Notes: generated from the letters alone by a model not told the origin. 64,000 nt of DNA from an uncultured Planctomycetota bacterium (GCA_963737655.1 CAVTTN010000002.1:6400001-6464000); one strand, 5' to 3'; counted from the stretch's first letter, positions 1-13,451 are shown. Numbers and translations are program-made.

Positions 1-1
1 C

Positions 2-1009
2 GAGGGGTTCGCCTCACGCCACCCCCTGGAGAGGCTGGCCCTGTGGTGCGCCTCGGCCGCCCTGGCCGACTCCGGGCTGACGGGCCGGGCGATCCGGGTC
101 GGCCTGGTCCTGGGCCTCGGGGCCGAGTGGATGCTGCTGTGGGAGGCCGACCACGCCCGAGGAGGCTCCCGGGTGAACGACCCGGACCAGGACCGCGAGA
201 CCACCATCGAGCGGGTCCACCGCGACCTCGGGCTCGACGGCCCGTGCCTGGCCCTCTCGGCGGCCTGCGCCAGCGGCAACCACGCTTTGGAGATCGGCCG
301 CCAGTGGCTGAGGATGGGCCTGGTCGACGCCTGCGTGGCCGGCGCCTGCGACATGGCCGTCACGCCGATCGGCCTGGCGACCTTCGGCAACCTCCGGGCC
401 CTGTCGCGACGCAATGACGCCCCCGAGGCCGCCTCCCGGCCGTTCGACCGCGGCCGGGACGGCTTTGTCCTGGGCGAAGGCGGCGCGGCGTTCGTCCTGG
501 AGAGGGCCCGGGACGCCCGCGGACGTTCGGCGCCGGCGTATGCCGAGGTCGCCGGGTGCGGGTCGAGCAGCGACGCCCACCACCACGTGATCCCCAGCCC
601 CGACCCCGCCCCGGCCGCCTCCTCGATGAGGAGGGCCCTGGCCGACGCGCGGGTCAATCCGTCGGAGATCGACCACGTGAACGCCCACGCCACCAGCACG
701 CCCGTCGGCGACTCGGCCGAGGCCGCCGTGTTGAGGACGGTCTTGGGCGACGACGTGTCGCGGGTCCCGGTGACCGCCACCAAGAGCCTGACCGGCCACC
801 TCCTGACGGCGGCCGGGGCGTTCGAGGCCCTCGCCTGCCTCGCCGCGATGAAGCACGGCGCCATCCCGCCGACGATCAACCTGGACGACCCCGACGTCGA
901 CCTCTGCCTCGTGGCCGGCCAGGCCCGGGAGCAGGCCGTCCGCGTGGCGGTGTCCAACTCGTTCGGGTTCGGAGGGAGCAATACATGTCTGGTCCTGCGA
1001 AAGATATAG
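2..1009 (+). CDS. Beta-ketoacyl-ACP synthase (FabF-like), 5'-truncated by window edge
   Basis: AACASG (Cys), NAHATST and GHLL (His) triad, SNSFGFGG C-terminus; frame is open back to position 2. Confidence 0.9.
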   Translation, partial: EGFASRHPLERLALWCASAALADSGLTGRAIRVGLVLGLGAEWMLLWEADHARGGSRVNDPDQDRETTIERVHRDLGLDGPCLALSAACASGNHALEIGRQWLRMGLVDACVAGACDMAVTPIGLATFGNLRALSRRNDAPEAASRPFDRGRDGFVLGEGGAAFVLERARDARGRSAPAYAEVAGCGSSSDAHHHVIPSPDPAPAASSMRRALADARVNPSEIDHVNAHATSTPVGDSAEAAVLRTVLGDDVSRVPVTATKSLTGHLLTAAGAFEALACLAAMKHGAIPPTINLDDPDVDLCLVAGQAREQAVRVAVSNSFGFGGSNTCLVLRKI

Positions 1010-1073
1010 ATATGAGTCGGTCATCGGTCGGCGGGTTTGCGGAGGGGCGATCCCGGCGCCGAGGCGGATCTCC

Positions 1074-1140
1074 GTAGGTCCGACTTCAGTCGGGCCTACG
1101 AACACCAATCCTTCGTAGGCCCGACTGAAGTCGGACCTAC
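1074..1140. repeat. GTAG-type REP doublet (inverted pair of 26-bp palindromic units)
   Basis: GTAGGTCCGACTTCAGTCGGGCCTAC (1074-1099) and its exact reverse complement (1115-1140); second copy at 46904-46969. Confidence 0.9.
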
Positions 1141-1186
1141 CGAGCTTCTTGACCCCAAGAGGAACAACATCAGAAACCTCACAACG

Positions 1187-1228
1187 CCGACCGCCGACCG
1201 CCGAAAGCTGACCGCTGACCGCCGAAAG
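1187..1228. repeat. Heptamer tandem repeat, 6 units (CYGACCG/CCGAAAG)
   Basis: ccgaccg ccgaccg ccgaaag ctgaccg ctgaccg ccgaaag. Confidence 0.85.
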
Positions 1229-1239
1229 GGGACTCGACC

Positions 1240-2013
1240 TTGCCCGCGACGACCGACAAATCGCCCGTGGCCATCGTCACCGGGGCCTCCAGCGGGATCG
1301 GCCGGGCCCTGGCCGTCCGGCTCGGGGCGGAGGGCTATCGGGTCGGCCTGACCGCCCGCCGATCGGCTGAGATCGAGGCCGTCGCCCTCGAGATCGTCGC
1401 CAACGGGGGCCGGGCCGCCGCCCACCCGGCCGACGTCGGGGACCGCTCGTCGATCCGGTCGGCCGTCCGGGCGATCGAGGAGGAGCTCGGGCCGGCGGAC
1501 GTCCTGATCGCCAACGCGGGGTTCGGCGCCGCCACGACGCTCGACCCTTTGAACCTTCCTGAGGTCGAGGAGACGTTCCGGGTGAACCTGATGGGGGTGG
1601 TCCTCTCGATCGACGCCGTGTTGCCGGGCATGCTCGCCCGGGGGCGCGGCCATCTCGTGGCCGTGTCCAGCCTGGCGGCGTTCAAGGGCCTGCCGGGCGA
1701 GGCGGCGTACTGTGCGAGCAAGTCGGCCGTGAACGCCTGGATGGAGAGCCTCCGCATCTCCTTGAGGCCCCGGGGGATCGCCGTGACGACGATCTGCCCG
1801 GGATTCGTGAAGACGCCGATGATGACGATGGACTCGGCCGCCACCCCGTTCGTGATGACCGCCGAGGCCGCCGCCCGGAGGATCGCCCGGGTCGTCGCGA
1901 GGAGGCGCCCCGGGGTCGTCCGATTCCCCCGAAGGATGGCCTGGCTGATGGCCCTGATCGCCCGGATGCCCGATCCGGTCGTCCGCCTCCTCGTCCGCGA
2001 GCCCCCGCCATGA
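1240..2013 (+). CDS. SDR family oxidoreductase
   Basis: TGASSGIG, NAG and YCASK motifs; TTG start. Confidence 0.9.
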   Translation: MPATTDKSPVAIVTGASSGIGRALAVRLGAEGYRVGLTARRSAEIEAVALEIVANGGRAAAHPADVGDRSSIRSAVRAIEEELGPADVLIANAGFGAATTLDPLNLPEVEETFRVNLMGVVLSIDAVLPGMLARGRGHLVAVSSLAAFKGLPGEAAYCASKSAVNAWMESLRISLRPRGIAVTTICPGFVKTPMMTMDSAATPFVMTAEAAARRIARVVARRRPGVVRFPRRMAWLMALIARMPDPVVRLLVREPPP

Positions 2014-3137
2014 TCGACCTCGCCCTGAAGATGATGCTCGACGACCGCCCTCGGTTCGCCGTGACGGTCCTCGGCGTGGGGTTCGCCTCGGCGCTCGTCC
2101 TGATCCAGACCGGCCTGTTCTTCGGCCTTTTGGACAACGCGAGCATCACCATCGACCGCCTCGGCGCCGACCTCTGGGTGACCGCCCGGAACGCGCCGAA
2201 CGTCGATTTCGGCAACCCGTTCCCGGAAAATTACGTGCAGAGGGTCCGATCGGTCCCCGGGGTGGCGAGGGCCGACAACCTGATCGTCGGGTACGCGATG
2301 GTGGCCCTGCCGACCGGCGCGAAGGAGTCGGTGGTCTATTACGGCCTGGAGGACTTCGCCGCGTGGAGGTTCCCGTGGGACGTCGAGTCGGGCGACCCGA
2401 GGGATCTCCGCCGGGGCCGGTTCGCTCTCTTGGACGCCTCGGCCGAGAGGCGGTTCGGCGCGTTCTCGGCCGGCGATCACCGCGAGTTCTCGGGGAAGAG
2501 GCTGGAGATCCTCGGCCGGACCCGAGGGGCCGCGTCGTTCACCACGAGCCCGATCGCGTTCGTCGACTACCGGCTCGCCCAGGAGCTCTCGCCGGCCGAC
2601 CTGACCGGCCGGACCACGTTCATCCTCGTGAAGCTGGAACCGGGGGCGGACCCCCGGGCCGTCGCGGCCGAGATCCGCGAGCGCCTGCCGTTCAACGACG
2701 TCCACACCGGGCCCGAGTGGGCGGCGATCTCGCGGAACTACTGGATCGAGAGCACCGGGCTGGGCCTGACGATCGGCCTGACGGTGGCCCTCGGCGCCCT
2801 GGTCGGCGTGGTGATCGTGGCGCAGACGCTCTACGCCTCGACGATCGACCACCTCGCCGAGTTCGGCACGATCAAGGCCCTGGGCGGCCGGAACTCGGAC
2901 GTCCGCGGGATCATCGCCGAGCACGCCTCGTTCGCGGCGGCCCTGGGCTTCGGCCTCGGCCTGTCGCTGACGTTCGGGCTCCGGCCGATCCTGGAGGCCC
3001 TGGATCTCCGGATGCTCGTCTCGCCCAGCCTGGCCGCCCTGGTATTCGTCGGCACGGAGGCGCTGTGCCTGGGCGCCGCCCTGATGTCCTTCCGCAAGGT
3101 GGCCCGGCTCGACCCGGCGATCGTCTTCCGGGGGTAG
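2010..3137 (+). CDS. ABC transporter permease (FtsX/MacB, DevC-like)
   Basis: N-terminal TM, GADLWV periplasmic loop, EFGTIKALG motif, C-terminal DPAIVFRG; ATGA overlap with the SDR gene. Confidence 0.85.
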   Translation: MIDLALKMMLDDRPRFAVTVLGVGFASALVLIQTGLFFGLLDNASITIDRLGADLWVTARNAPNVDFGNPFPENYVQRVRSVPGVARADNLIVGYAMVALPTGAKESVVYYGLEDFAAWRFPWDVESGDPRDLRRGRFALLDASAERRFGAFSAGDHREFSGKRLEILGRTRGAASFTTSPIAFVDYRLAQELSPADLTGRTTFILVKLEPGADPRAVAAEIRERLPFNDVHTGPEWAAISRNYWIESTGLGLTIGLTVALGALVGVVIVAQTLYASTIDHLAEFGTIKALGGRNSDVRGIIAEHASFAAALGFGLGLSLTFGLRPILEALDLRMLVSPSLAALVFVGTEALCLGAALMSFRKVARLDPAIVFRG

Positions 3138-3201
3138 CGGCCCCTCGGGTAGATTGGACGCCTCGCGAGATGAGTTCGGCGATCAGGAGAACCCCCGGCC
3201 G

Positions 3202-4085
3202 ATGTCCTTCACGATGATCCTCGGCCGGGTGATCGTCCCCGGGATCGCCCTGGTCCTCGCCGCAGCTTTGGCCTGGAAGGCCGTCCGGCCCGAATCGTCG
3301 CGGGTCGCGCCCCGGCCGGGACGATCGCTCGCGAGGGCCGGGGCGATCGCGTGATCGCCGAGGGGCGCGTGGTGACCGCGCCCGGGGCCAGGGCCGTCGT
3401 GGGCACCGAAGTCCTCGGGACGGTCGCGAGGATGGCCGTCGGCGAGAAGGCCGTGGTCGTGAAGGGGGACGTCCTGGCCGAGCTCCGCTCCGACGAGGTC
3501 AAGGCCTCCCTGAAAGAGGCCCGGGCCCATCTCGCCGAGGCCGAGGCGGATTTGAGCCTCGCCGAGACCGAGAGCGTCCGTCTCGGGGGGATCGGCGCGG
3601 CCCTGAAGACGAAGGAGTCGCGGGACGCCGCGACCCGCCGCGATTTGGTCGCCTCGCAATCGCGGAAGGATGCGGCCCGGGCGGGCGTCGAGAGGCTCGA
3701 AGCCGAGGCCGCGAAGTACCGGATCGTCGCGCCGATCGACGGGGTGGTCATCGCCCGCCACGTCGGCCTCGGGGAGACGGTCGCCCCCGCCTCGCCGATC
3801 GTGACCATCGCCGACCTCTCCCGCCTCCGGGTCGAGGCCGAGGTGGACGAGTTCGACATCGCGAGGATCGCCGTCGGCAACAAGGCCACGATCACCGCCG
3901 AGTCCCATCCCGGCAAGCGATGGGACGGCGAGGTCGAGGAGGTCGCCGACACGATCGGCCCCCGCCAGTCCCGCCCCGAAGACCCCTCAAGGCCGACCGA
4001 TGCGCAGGTCCTGCCCGTCCGCATCCGGCTCCTCGGACCCTCGCCGCTGAAGCTGGGCCAGAGGGTCCGGGTGGAGTTCCGTTAG
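3202..4085 (+). CDS. HlyD/DevB-like membrane fusion subunit, split by an apparent frameshift near 3300-3354
   Basis: TM anchor in ORF 3202-3354; lipoyl halves (VKGDVLAEL, APIDGVV) and VEAEVDEFDI in ORF 3351-4085. Confidence 0.8.
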
Positions 4086-4139
4086 AGGGGCACGAGGGGC
4101 ATCGTATCAGCGACAAATGAGAAAAAGTGTTGGAATTAA

Positions 4140-5648
4140 TCAATCGAGCTGCATGTCCACGACCTGGCGCAACGCCCGGACCAGCGGCCCCGGGTCCGGG
4201 CCCGATCCGGTGACCTTTCGGATCAGGTCGGCGGCCCGGTAGCGCTTCCCGTGGCGGTGGACGTTCCGGCGGAGCCATCCCAGGAGCCCGGAGAAGTCTC
4301 CGCGGGCGAACTCGGCGTCGAGGTCCCCGAGTTCGGCCTTCGCCTTCGCGAACAGTTGGGCGGCGTAGACGTTCCCGAGGGTGTAGGTCGGGAAGTATCC
4401 GAACAGGCCGGCGCTCCAGTGGATGTCCTGGAGGCACCCCTCGGCGTCGTTCTCGGGCGAGACGCCCAGGTCGCGGCGATACGCCTCATTCCAGGCCCCG
4501 GGCACGTCGTCGGCGGTCAGGTTCCCGGCGATCAGGTCGCGTTCGAGGCCGAATCGGATCAGGATGTGAAGGTTGTACGTGACCTCGTCCGCCTGGATGC
4601 GGATCAGGGACGGTTCGACGGCGTGGATCGCCTTCAGGAACGCCTCGGGCGAGACGCTCCGGAGCGGCTCCCGGAAGATCTGCCGGGCCATCGGCAGGAA
4701 GTGCGACCAGAACGCGGCCCCCCGCCCCACGGCGTTCTCCCACATCCGCGATTGCGACTCGTGGAGCCCGAGCGAGACCGCCTCGCCCATCGGTGTGCCG
4801 AACTTCGCCGGGTCGAGCCCCTGTTCGTACAGGGCGTGGCCGGCCTCGTGGAGGATGCTGAAGAGGCTCTCGGTGAAGTCCGACGGGTCGAACCTCGTGG
4901 TGATCCGGCAGTCCCCGGGGCCGATCCCCGAGCAGAACGGGTGGGCCGTGGTGTCCAGCCGACCCCGGGCGAAGTCGAATCCCACCGCCGCCGCCACCGT
5001 CTCGCCGAAGATCCTCTGGCGGTCGATCGGATAGTCTCCCCGGAGGAGCGACGGGTCGGGCCGGCCCCCGGACTCGACGATCGAGGCCACCAGCGGGACG
5101 AGCTCGGCGCGGAGGCCCTCGAACAGCGAGGAAAGGTCCCGTTCGGTCGCGCCCGGCTCGTAGTCGTCGAGGAGGGCGTCGTAGGCCGACGTCTCGAAGC
5201 CGACGCACTGGGCCTCCTGCCGCTTCAGGCCGAGGATCGTTTCGAGCCAGGGGCGGAACCGGGCGAAGTCGCTGGCCCTCCTCGCCAGGACCCATTCCCC
5301 CTGGGCCACGGAGGTCGTCCGGGCGAGCTCCTCGACGAGCGATCGGGGCAGGCAGGTCTGCCGGGTGAAGGCGCGGCGGATCTCCCGGACGTTCGCGGCC
5401 TCGGGCGAGTCGGGGTCGGCCACGAGCGAGGAGGCCTCCACCTCCCCGAGCAGATCGCCGATCCTCGGGTCGGTCGCCCGGTCGTGGACGAGCCCGGCGA
5501 GCAGGGCGACCTGCTCCCCGCGATACTCGGCCCCTCCGGGGGGCATCAGGGTCTGCTCGTCCCAGCCCAGCAGGGAGGCACACGAGCCGAGGACGGCCTG
5601 TTCGCGGCCCCGGCGGAGGAGGTCTTCATAGGCGGCTTGCGGGTCCAT
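4140..5648 (-). CDS. Carboxypeptidase M32 (Taq family)
   Basis: HPF, HEAGH, HESQS, IRIQAD, GCLQDIHW, GYFPTYTLG motifs. Confidence 0.95.
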   Translation of the reverse strand: MDPQAAYEDLLRRGREQAVLGSCASLLGWDEQTLMPPGGAEYRGEQVALLAGLVHDRATDPRIGDLLGEVEASSLVADPDSPEAANVREIRRAFTRQTCLPRSLVEELARTTSVAQGEWVLARRASDFARFRPWLETILGLKRQEAQCVGFETSAYDALLDDYEPGATERDLSSLFEGLRAELVPLVASIVESGGRPDPSLLRGDYPIDRQRIFGETVAAAVGFDFARGRLDTTAHPFCSGIGPGDCRITTRFDPSDFTESLFSILHEAGHALYEQGLDPAKFGTPMGEAVSLGLHESQSRMWENAVGRGAAFWSHFLPMARQIFREPLRSVSPEAFLKAIHAVEPSLIRIQADEVTYNLHILIRFGLERDLIAGNLTADDVPGAWNEAYRRDLGVSPENDAEGCLQDIHWSAGLFGYFPTYTLGNVYAAQLFAKAKAELGDLDAEFARGDFSGLLGWLRRNVHRHGKRYRAADLIRKVTGSGPDPGPLVRALRQVVDMQLD

Positions 5649-5877
5649 CGGCGAGGGGCTCCACCCTGGTGAGGACGGGACGGCCCGATTCTAGCGAAGA
5701 CGACCCCGGTCCGTCAGGCTCCGGCGGCCGAGAGGCCGATCTCGGACCGTTGCGACACGGAAGCCTCCGGGCTATGCTGAGGGCCTCTCCGAAACCCGGG
5801 CCGGCGCCTCCTCTCCCCGGCGACGGCCCCGGGTCGAGTCGCTCACTTGACGCCCGCATCTCCCGAGGAATCCATCT

Positions 5878-8664
<2,787 letters not shown>

Positions 8665-8681
8665 GGCGAGGAAGCCGCCGA

Positions 8682-8720
8682 CCGTCCCTCTCCCCCGATT
8701 GACCCGGGGGAGAGGGACGG
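8682..8720. terminator. 16-bp-stem hairpin between convergent genes
   Basis: CCGTCCCTCTCCCCCG ... CGGGGGAGAGGGACGG. Confidence 0.6.
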
Positions 8721-8724
8721 GGCG

Positions 8725-9627
8725 TCAGCCTCCGGCGCCGGGGATTCCGTAGCGGTTGCGGAGGTCCATCAGGAGGGCCGTCATGTCCTCGGGGACCGGC
8801 GCCTCGGCCCGGACGGGCTCGCCGGTGACCGGGTGGCGGAAGCCGAGCGTCTGGGCATGCAGCGCCTGGCGATGGAAGCTCGCCTTGCACCGGGGCTGCT
8901 CCCTCGGCCGATAGACCCGCTCGCCCACCACGGGATGCCCCATCTCGGCCATGTGGATGCGAATTTGATGGGTCCGGCCGGTTTCGAGCCAGAGGGCCAG
9001 CAACGAGGCGACCGGCCCGAACCGCTCGACCACGCGAAAGTGGGTCACGGCCCGCCGCCCCTCGCCCGGCTCGCGAGCCACCCCTCGACGGAGGTCCCCG
9101 CGATCGGTCACCAGCGCCAGGTCGATCGTCCCGGTCTCGCGGCGGACCGCCCCTTCCACCACGGCGAGATATTGCCGCTCGATGTCGTGAGTCTTGAAGA
9201 GCGCTTGAAGTGATCGGCCGACCGCCGGGGACCGCGCCAGGGCCAGGGCCCCGGACGTGTCCTTGTCCAGCCGATGGACGATCCCGACGTAGGGCCTCGT
9301 CCCGTACCGCAACGCGAGATAGCGGCCGGCGCGGTCCAGAAGCGTGTCGCGCTCGTCTTCCAGGGTGGGCAGGGTGAGCAAGCCGGCCGGCTTATCGACG
9401 ATCATCAAGGACCGGTCTTCATAAAGGACGCGCAAACGTCCCTGGACCTTGCGGGCCTTGGGCCGGTTGGGGAAGAACGCGACGGCGGCGTCGGGCTCGA
9501 CCTCCTTGCCGGGCTCGTCGCAGCGTTGGCCGTCCAGGTCGATCCGGCCATTGCGGATCGCGTCCTGGGCCGCTCGTCGAGAGAGGCCGAAGCGTTCGGC
9601 GGCGAGCTTGTCGATGCGGATCGGCAT
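8725..9627 (-). CDS. RluA family pseudouridine synthase with S4 domain
   Basis: RIDK S4 start, VDKPAGL, HRLDKDTSG, TGRTHQIRIH, QALHA; start taken as MPIRIDK. Confidence 0.93.
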   Translation of the reverse strand: MPIRIDKLAAERFGLSRRAAQDAIRNGRIDLDGQRCDEPGKEVEPDAAVAFFPNRPKARKVQGRLRVLYEDRSLMIVDKPAGLLTLPTLEDERDTLLDRAGRYLALRYGTRPYVGIVHRLDKDTSGALALARSPAVGRSLQALFKTHDIERQYLAVVEGAVRRETGTIDLALVTDRGDLRRGVAREPGEGRRAVTHFRVVERFGPVASLLALWLETGRTHQIRIHMAEMGHPVVGERVYRPREQPRCKASFHRQALHAQTLGFRHPVTGEPVRAEAPVPEDMTALLMDLRNRYGIPGAGG

Positions 9628-9968
9628 GAGATCGGAGAAGACCGAGAGGCGGGGAAAGATGGGCGGTCGTCCAGTCCATGATGGCCGCCCACCCCGCCAA
9701 TCCTCAAGACCCGAAAACGGGTCAAGGGGAGCGGTCGGTTTCCCTGGGATGAGACCGAGCCACCATAACGGGGTGCCCTCCATGACCGCCGCCCATTGTA
9801 CAAGCCCCGAGGCCGATGGGAAGAGCCCAGGAGGGGCATTGGAGTGTGTCGATCGCAATCCTGGAATCCGGGGTGGTTAGCGTCGAGCCGTGATCCGGCG
9901 CCGGGTCACGCCTCGGCCCCAGCCAACCAGGCCATCGCGCCAGGGTGCCGAAAGCAAGAGCGATGCCG

Positions 9969-11378
9969 TCACTTCTTCCGAATCTTGCAGATTGTATCAA
10001 TGAGATAATCATCCGAATACTTCATTCCGCCGAAATGATCGTTCTCCGGCGCGGGCGTCTGGGCCTTCACCCTGTTCCACTCCCCGGGGGCGTGCTTCTC
10101 GGCAAGTCGGATCAGCGAGGGGAGGGCGGCTTCGGCCACCGGGCCGATCTTGCCGAGGGCGATCGCGACGTGTTGGTGGGTCGAGAGTAGCCGGTCGGGC
10201 TTATCCTCGCGGTCCAGCAGCTTGATGAGGTTGGGGACGGCCGTCTTCGCCTCCGGCCCCTTGTCTCCGAGGCAATCCACGGCGAAATCCACGCAACCGG
10301 GCTTTCCTTCACGAAGGAGCTCCAGCAAGGGCGGCACCGCGGCCCTGGCCGAGACCTCGTGCATGGCCTGCCAGGGGCCGAGGGTCCTTTTATCCCCGAA
10401 TCGCCGCACGACCTCGCAAAGGACGGGCGCCGCGTCATCCCCCAGGACGGCGGGGAGGTTCGTGATCGCGTAGAAGCTCGGTTTGGGTTCGCGGAGGGCG
10501 GCCCTTCGCATCGCGTCGCCTCCCCGGCGATCCCCCAGCGCCGCCAGGGCGACGGCGACATGGAGCCGGGCCAGGTCGGGCGTCGCCTCGTCGGAGAACA
10601 GCCGGACGAGGTCCGCCTTCGCCCGATCGAGCTTCAGCTCGGCCGCCAGGTCGGTGGCTTCCACCAGGGCCCCGGGATTCGATTCGGCGAGCGCCGCGAG
10701 GACGACCTCCGGCGACCCCTCTCGGACCTTGCCGCTGTCCAGGTCCACGATGCGGAAAAGCCGGGGGATTCGCTGGTCGTTCTGGCCGGAGCCCTCGCCG
10801 ACCACGACGACTTCCTTGCGACGTTCGTCGATCCACCCGCCTCCGCACCACCAGACCCCTCCGGCGCTACGCGAGAACCGGTCGACTTCGCTTTTTTGGA
10901 ACAGGTCGATGAGGTCCTTGCGATGGCGGACGGTCCCGTCCCGCGCGACCACGACGACGGCATCGCCGCTCCTCAGGCTCCCGTAGTTGTAGCCCCGGAC
11001 GTCCAGGCCGACGAATCCCTGACCGGTGGACGAGATCAGGAGTTCGCTCGGGCAACGATCGAGGTTCCCCTTGCCGAGCCGGATGACCCCCTCGCGGACC
11101 TTCACCTCGGGGTTGGTGACGATCGTCCGGAAATCCTTGAGCTCATCGTGGGCCGGGGCCACCGGCGGGCTCCCCGGGCGCCTCTCGGCGATCTCGAAGG
11201 TCACGGGCGTGCCCCGGCCCGGGTCCCCCTCTCCCCCGTTCTGCTTCACGACGAGGTAGTAGCGGCCGGTGGCGTCGGCGACCCGGAAGTTCGTGAAGGG
11301 GGCGTAGGAGTCGGCCCCGGCCGTCGAGGCCGAGGCGACCAGGACCACGGCGAGCAGGCTCGGCGACGATCTCGGCAT
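9969..11378 (-). CDS. Exported protein with C-terminal HEAT-like repeats
   Basis: Signal peptide; AVPPLLELL, AVPNLIKLL, ALGKIGPVAEAALPSLI repeats. Confidence 0.75.
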   Translation of the reverse strand: MPRSSPSLLAVVLVASASTAGADSYAPFTNFRVADATGRYYLVVKQNGGEGDPGRGTPVTFEIAERRPGSPPVAPAHDELKDFRTIVTNPEVKVREGVIRLGKGNLDRCPSELLISSTGQGFVGLDVRGYNYGSLRSGDAVVVVARDGTVRHRKDLIDLFQKSEVDRFSRSAGGVWWCGGGWIDERRKEVVVVGEGSGQNDQRIPRLFRIVDLDSGKVREGSPEVVLAALAESNPGALVEATDLAAELKLDRAKADLVRLFSDEATPDLARLHVAVALAALGDRRGGDAMRRAALREPKPSFYAITNLPAVLGDDAAPVLCEVVRRFGDKRTLGPWQAMHEVSARAAVPPLLELLREGKPGCVDFAVDCLGDKGPEAKTAVPNLIKLLDREDKPDRLLSTHQHVAIALGKIGPVAEAALPSLIRLAEKHAPGEWNRVKAQTPAPENDHFGGMKYSDDYLIDTICKIRKK

Positions 11379-11487
11379 GGGGCCTCCTTGACCGATTCGT
11401 GACGGCGGATCGAGGGATTCGTCGGGGGCTGGCGAGCCCGGCCGGGGTCGTCGTCGATGTCGGGCCGGTTTTTTCGAGGTCCCGGAC

Positions 11488-11569
11488 TGCGAGAGGAGGG
11501 ACTCGAACCCTCACGCCTTTCGGCACAGGAACCTAAATCCTGCGCGTCTGCCAGTTCCGCCACTCTCGC
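11488..11569 (-). tRNA. tRNA-Leu (anticodon TAG), CCA not encoded
   Basis: Reverse complement GCGAGAGTGGCGGAACTGGCAGACGCG-CAGGA-TT-TAG-GT-TCCTG, long variable arm, GGTTCGAGTCC, 3' end CTCTCGCA. Confidence 0.97.
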
Positions 11570-11620
11570 CCGAGGGGTATCCTAGCAGACTCGAACCGGG
11601 CCCCCAAGGTTCATCCCCCG

Positions 11621-13312
11621 ATGCATCGTCGCGGATTTCTGGAAGGCTGCGGCCTGGGATTGGCGGGGATGCTCGCCGCCCGGGATGGCGTTCCTCGGGC
11701 CGAGGCCCGGGGCTCGAGACCTCGCGAGATTGCGGCCGATCTGGCGATCGTTGGCGGGGGGCTGGGCGGGTGCTCGGCCGCCCTGGCCGCGTTGCGGATG
11801 GGTCGGACCGTCGTCTTGACCGAGCCGACCGACTGGCTCGGCGGCCAGCTCACCAGCCAGGCCGTCCCTCCCGACGAACACCCCTGGATCGAGTCCTTCG
11901 GCGCGAATGGCTCGTATCGGGCGCTTCGCAAGGCGATTCGCGACTATTACCGCCGGAATTATCCGCTGACCGACCCGGCCCGGGCCCGAGTCGACCTGAA
12001 CCCGGGCAACGGCGGGGTCTCCCGACTCTGCCATGAGCCGAGGGTCGCCCTGGCCGTCTTGACGGACCTGCTCGCCCCCTTCGCCAGCGGAGGAAAACTG
12101 ACCGTCCTCCTCGAACACAGGCCGACCCGCGCCGAGGTCCAGGGGGACCGTGTCCGATCGGTGACGGTCCGCGACCTCAAGACCGGCGATGACCGCGTCT
12201 TGACCGCCCCGTATTTCCTCGATGCGACCGAACAGGGCGACCTCTTGCCGATGGCGGGCGTGGAGTTCGTGGTCGGCTCGGAGTCGAGGACCGAGACCGG
12301 CGAGCCCCACGCTCCGGATCGGGCCGACCCGGCGAACATCCAGTCGTTCACGTCCTGCTTCGCGATGGATTACCTCGCCGGGGAAGACCACACGATCGAC
12401 CGTCCGGCCGAATACGGATTTTGGCGCGATTATGTGCCGAAACTCTCGCCGCCCTGGCCCGGACCTCTGTTCGGGCCGAGCACCAACCCGAGCGATCTCA
12501 AGCTCCGCCCGTTCGAGTTCGACCCGACCGGCGACGGCAAGGGGTTCTGGGTCTATCGCCGGATCGCCGACCCGAGGAATTTTCGCGAGGGGACCTATCG
12601 AGGCGGGATCACCCTGGTGAACTGGCCTCAGAACGATTACTGGCTCGGCCCGTTGATCGGGGTTTCGGACGACGAGGCCGCGAAGCACGAGGCGAAGGCG
12701 AAGGGGCTGAGCCTCTCGCTCCTCCACTGGCTCCAGACCGAGGCCCCCCGGCCCGACGGCGGAACGGGATGGAAGGGGCTCCGGCTGCGACCCGATCTCG
12801 TGGGGACGACCGACGGGCTGGCGAAGGCCGTATACATTCGGGAATCGCGGCGAATCCGGGCCGAATTCACGGCGACGGAGCTTCACGTCGGCCTCGAAGC
12901 GAGGAAAAAGGCGCTGGGCCGACAGGACGTCGAGGCCGAGCGCTTCGAGGACTCGGTGGGCGTGGGATCGTACCGAATCGACCTCCACCCGAGCACCGGC
13001 GGCGACAACTACATCGACATCCCCTCGTTGCGATTCCAGGTGCCGCTGGGTGCGTTGATCCCGAAGCGCGTCGAGAACCTCCTGCCGGCGTGCAAGAACC
13101 TCGGCGTAACCCACGTGACCAACGGCTGTTACCGGCTCCACCCGGTCGAATGGGCGATCGGCGAGGCGGCCGGGTCGCTCTCGGCGTTCTGCCTGGAAAC
13201 GAAGGCGACGCCCCGAGGAGTCCGCAACACGCCCGCCTCGCTCGCGACGTTCCGCAAGAGGCTGCTGGAGCAGGGCGTGGAGGTCGAATGGCCGAAAGGC
13301 CCGGCCCGATAA
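11621..13312 (+). CDS. FAD-dependent oxidoreductase, Tat-exported
   Basis: HRRGFL Tat motif, GGGLGG FAD site, DATEQGD, YIRESRRI, YRLHPVEW. Confidence 0.9.
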   Translation: MHRRGFLEGCGLGLAGMLAARDGVPRAEARGSRPREIAADLAIVGGGLGGCSAALAALRMGRTVVLTEPTDWLGGQLTSQAVPPDEHPWIESFGANGSYRALRKAIRDYYRRNYPLTDPARARVDLNPGNGGVSRLCHEPRVALAVLTDLLAPFASGGKLTVLLEHRPTRAEVQGDRVRSVTVRDLKTGDDRVLTAPYFLDATEQGDLLPMAGVEFVVGSESRTETGEPHAPDRADPANIQSFTSCFAMDYLAGEDHTIDRPAEYGFWRDYVPKLSPPWPGPLFGPSTNPSDLKLRPFEFDPTGDGKGFWVYRRIADPRNFREGTYRGGITLVNWPQNDYWLGPLIGVSDDEAAKHEAKAKGLSLSLLHWLQTEAPRPDGGTGWKGLRLRPDLVGTTDGLAKAVYIRESRRIRAEFTATELHVGLEARKKALGRQDVEAERFEDSVGVGSYRIDLHPSTGGDNYIDIPSLRFQVPLGALIPKRVENLLPACKNLGVTHVTNGCYRLHPVEWAIGEAAGSLSAFCLETKATPRGVRNTPASLATFRKRLLEQGVEVEWPKGPAR

Positions 13313-13451
13313 GGGGGAGGCGGCGGTCGCGAAGGCCGGGCGACCCATCCTGGGCCGCGAACCGCCTCGTCTAGCGGCAAGTCCGGCCCGTCATGGTAAA
13401 CTCGCCCTTCCGATGCTCCCCGACCCTGCCGACCGACCGGGACGCGACCTC

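Noticed and set aside
1074..1228. Possible CRISPR array
   Set aside because: Units are inverted pairs or 7-bp tandems; there are no direct repeats with unique spacers and no cas genes
9640..11569. Integrated island at the tRNA-Leu 3' end
   Set aside because: No integrase and no duplicated tRNA 3' end found by eye
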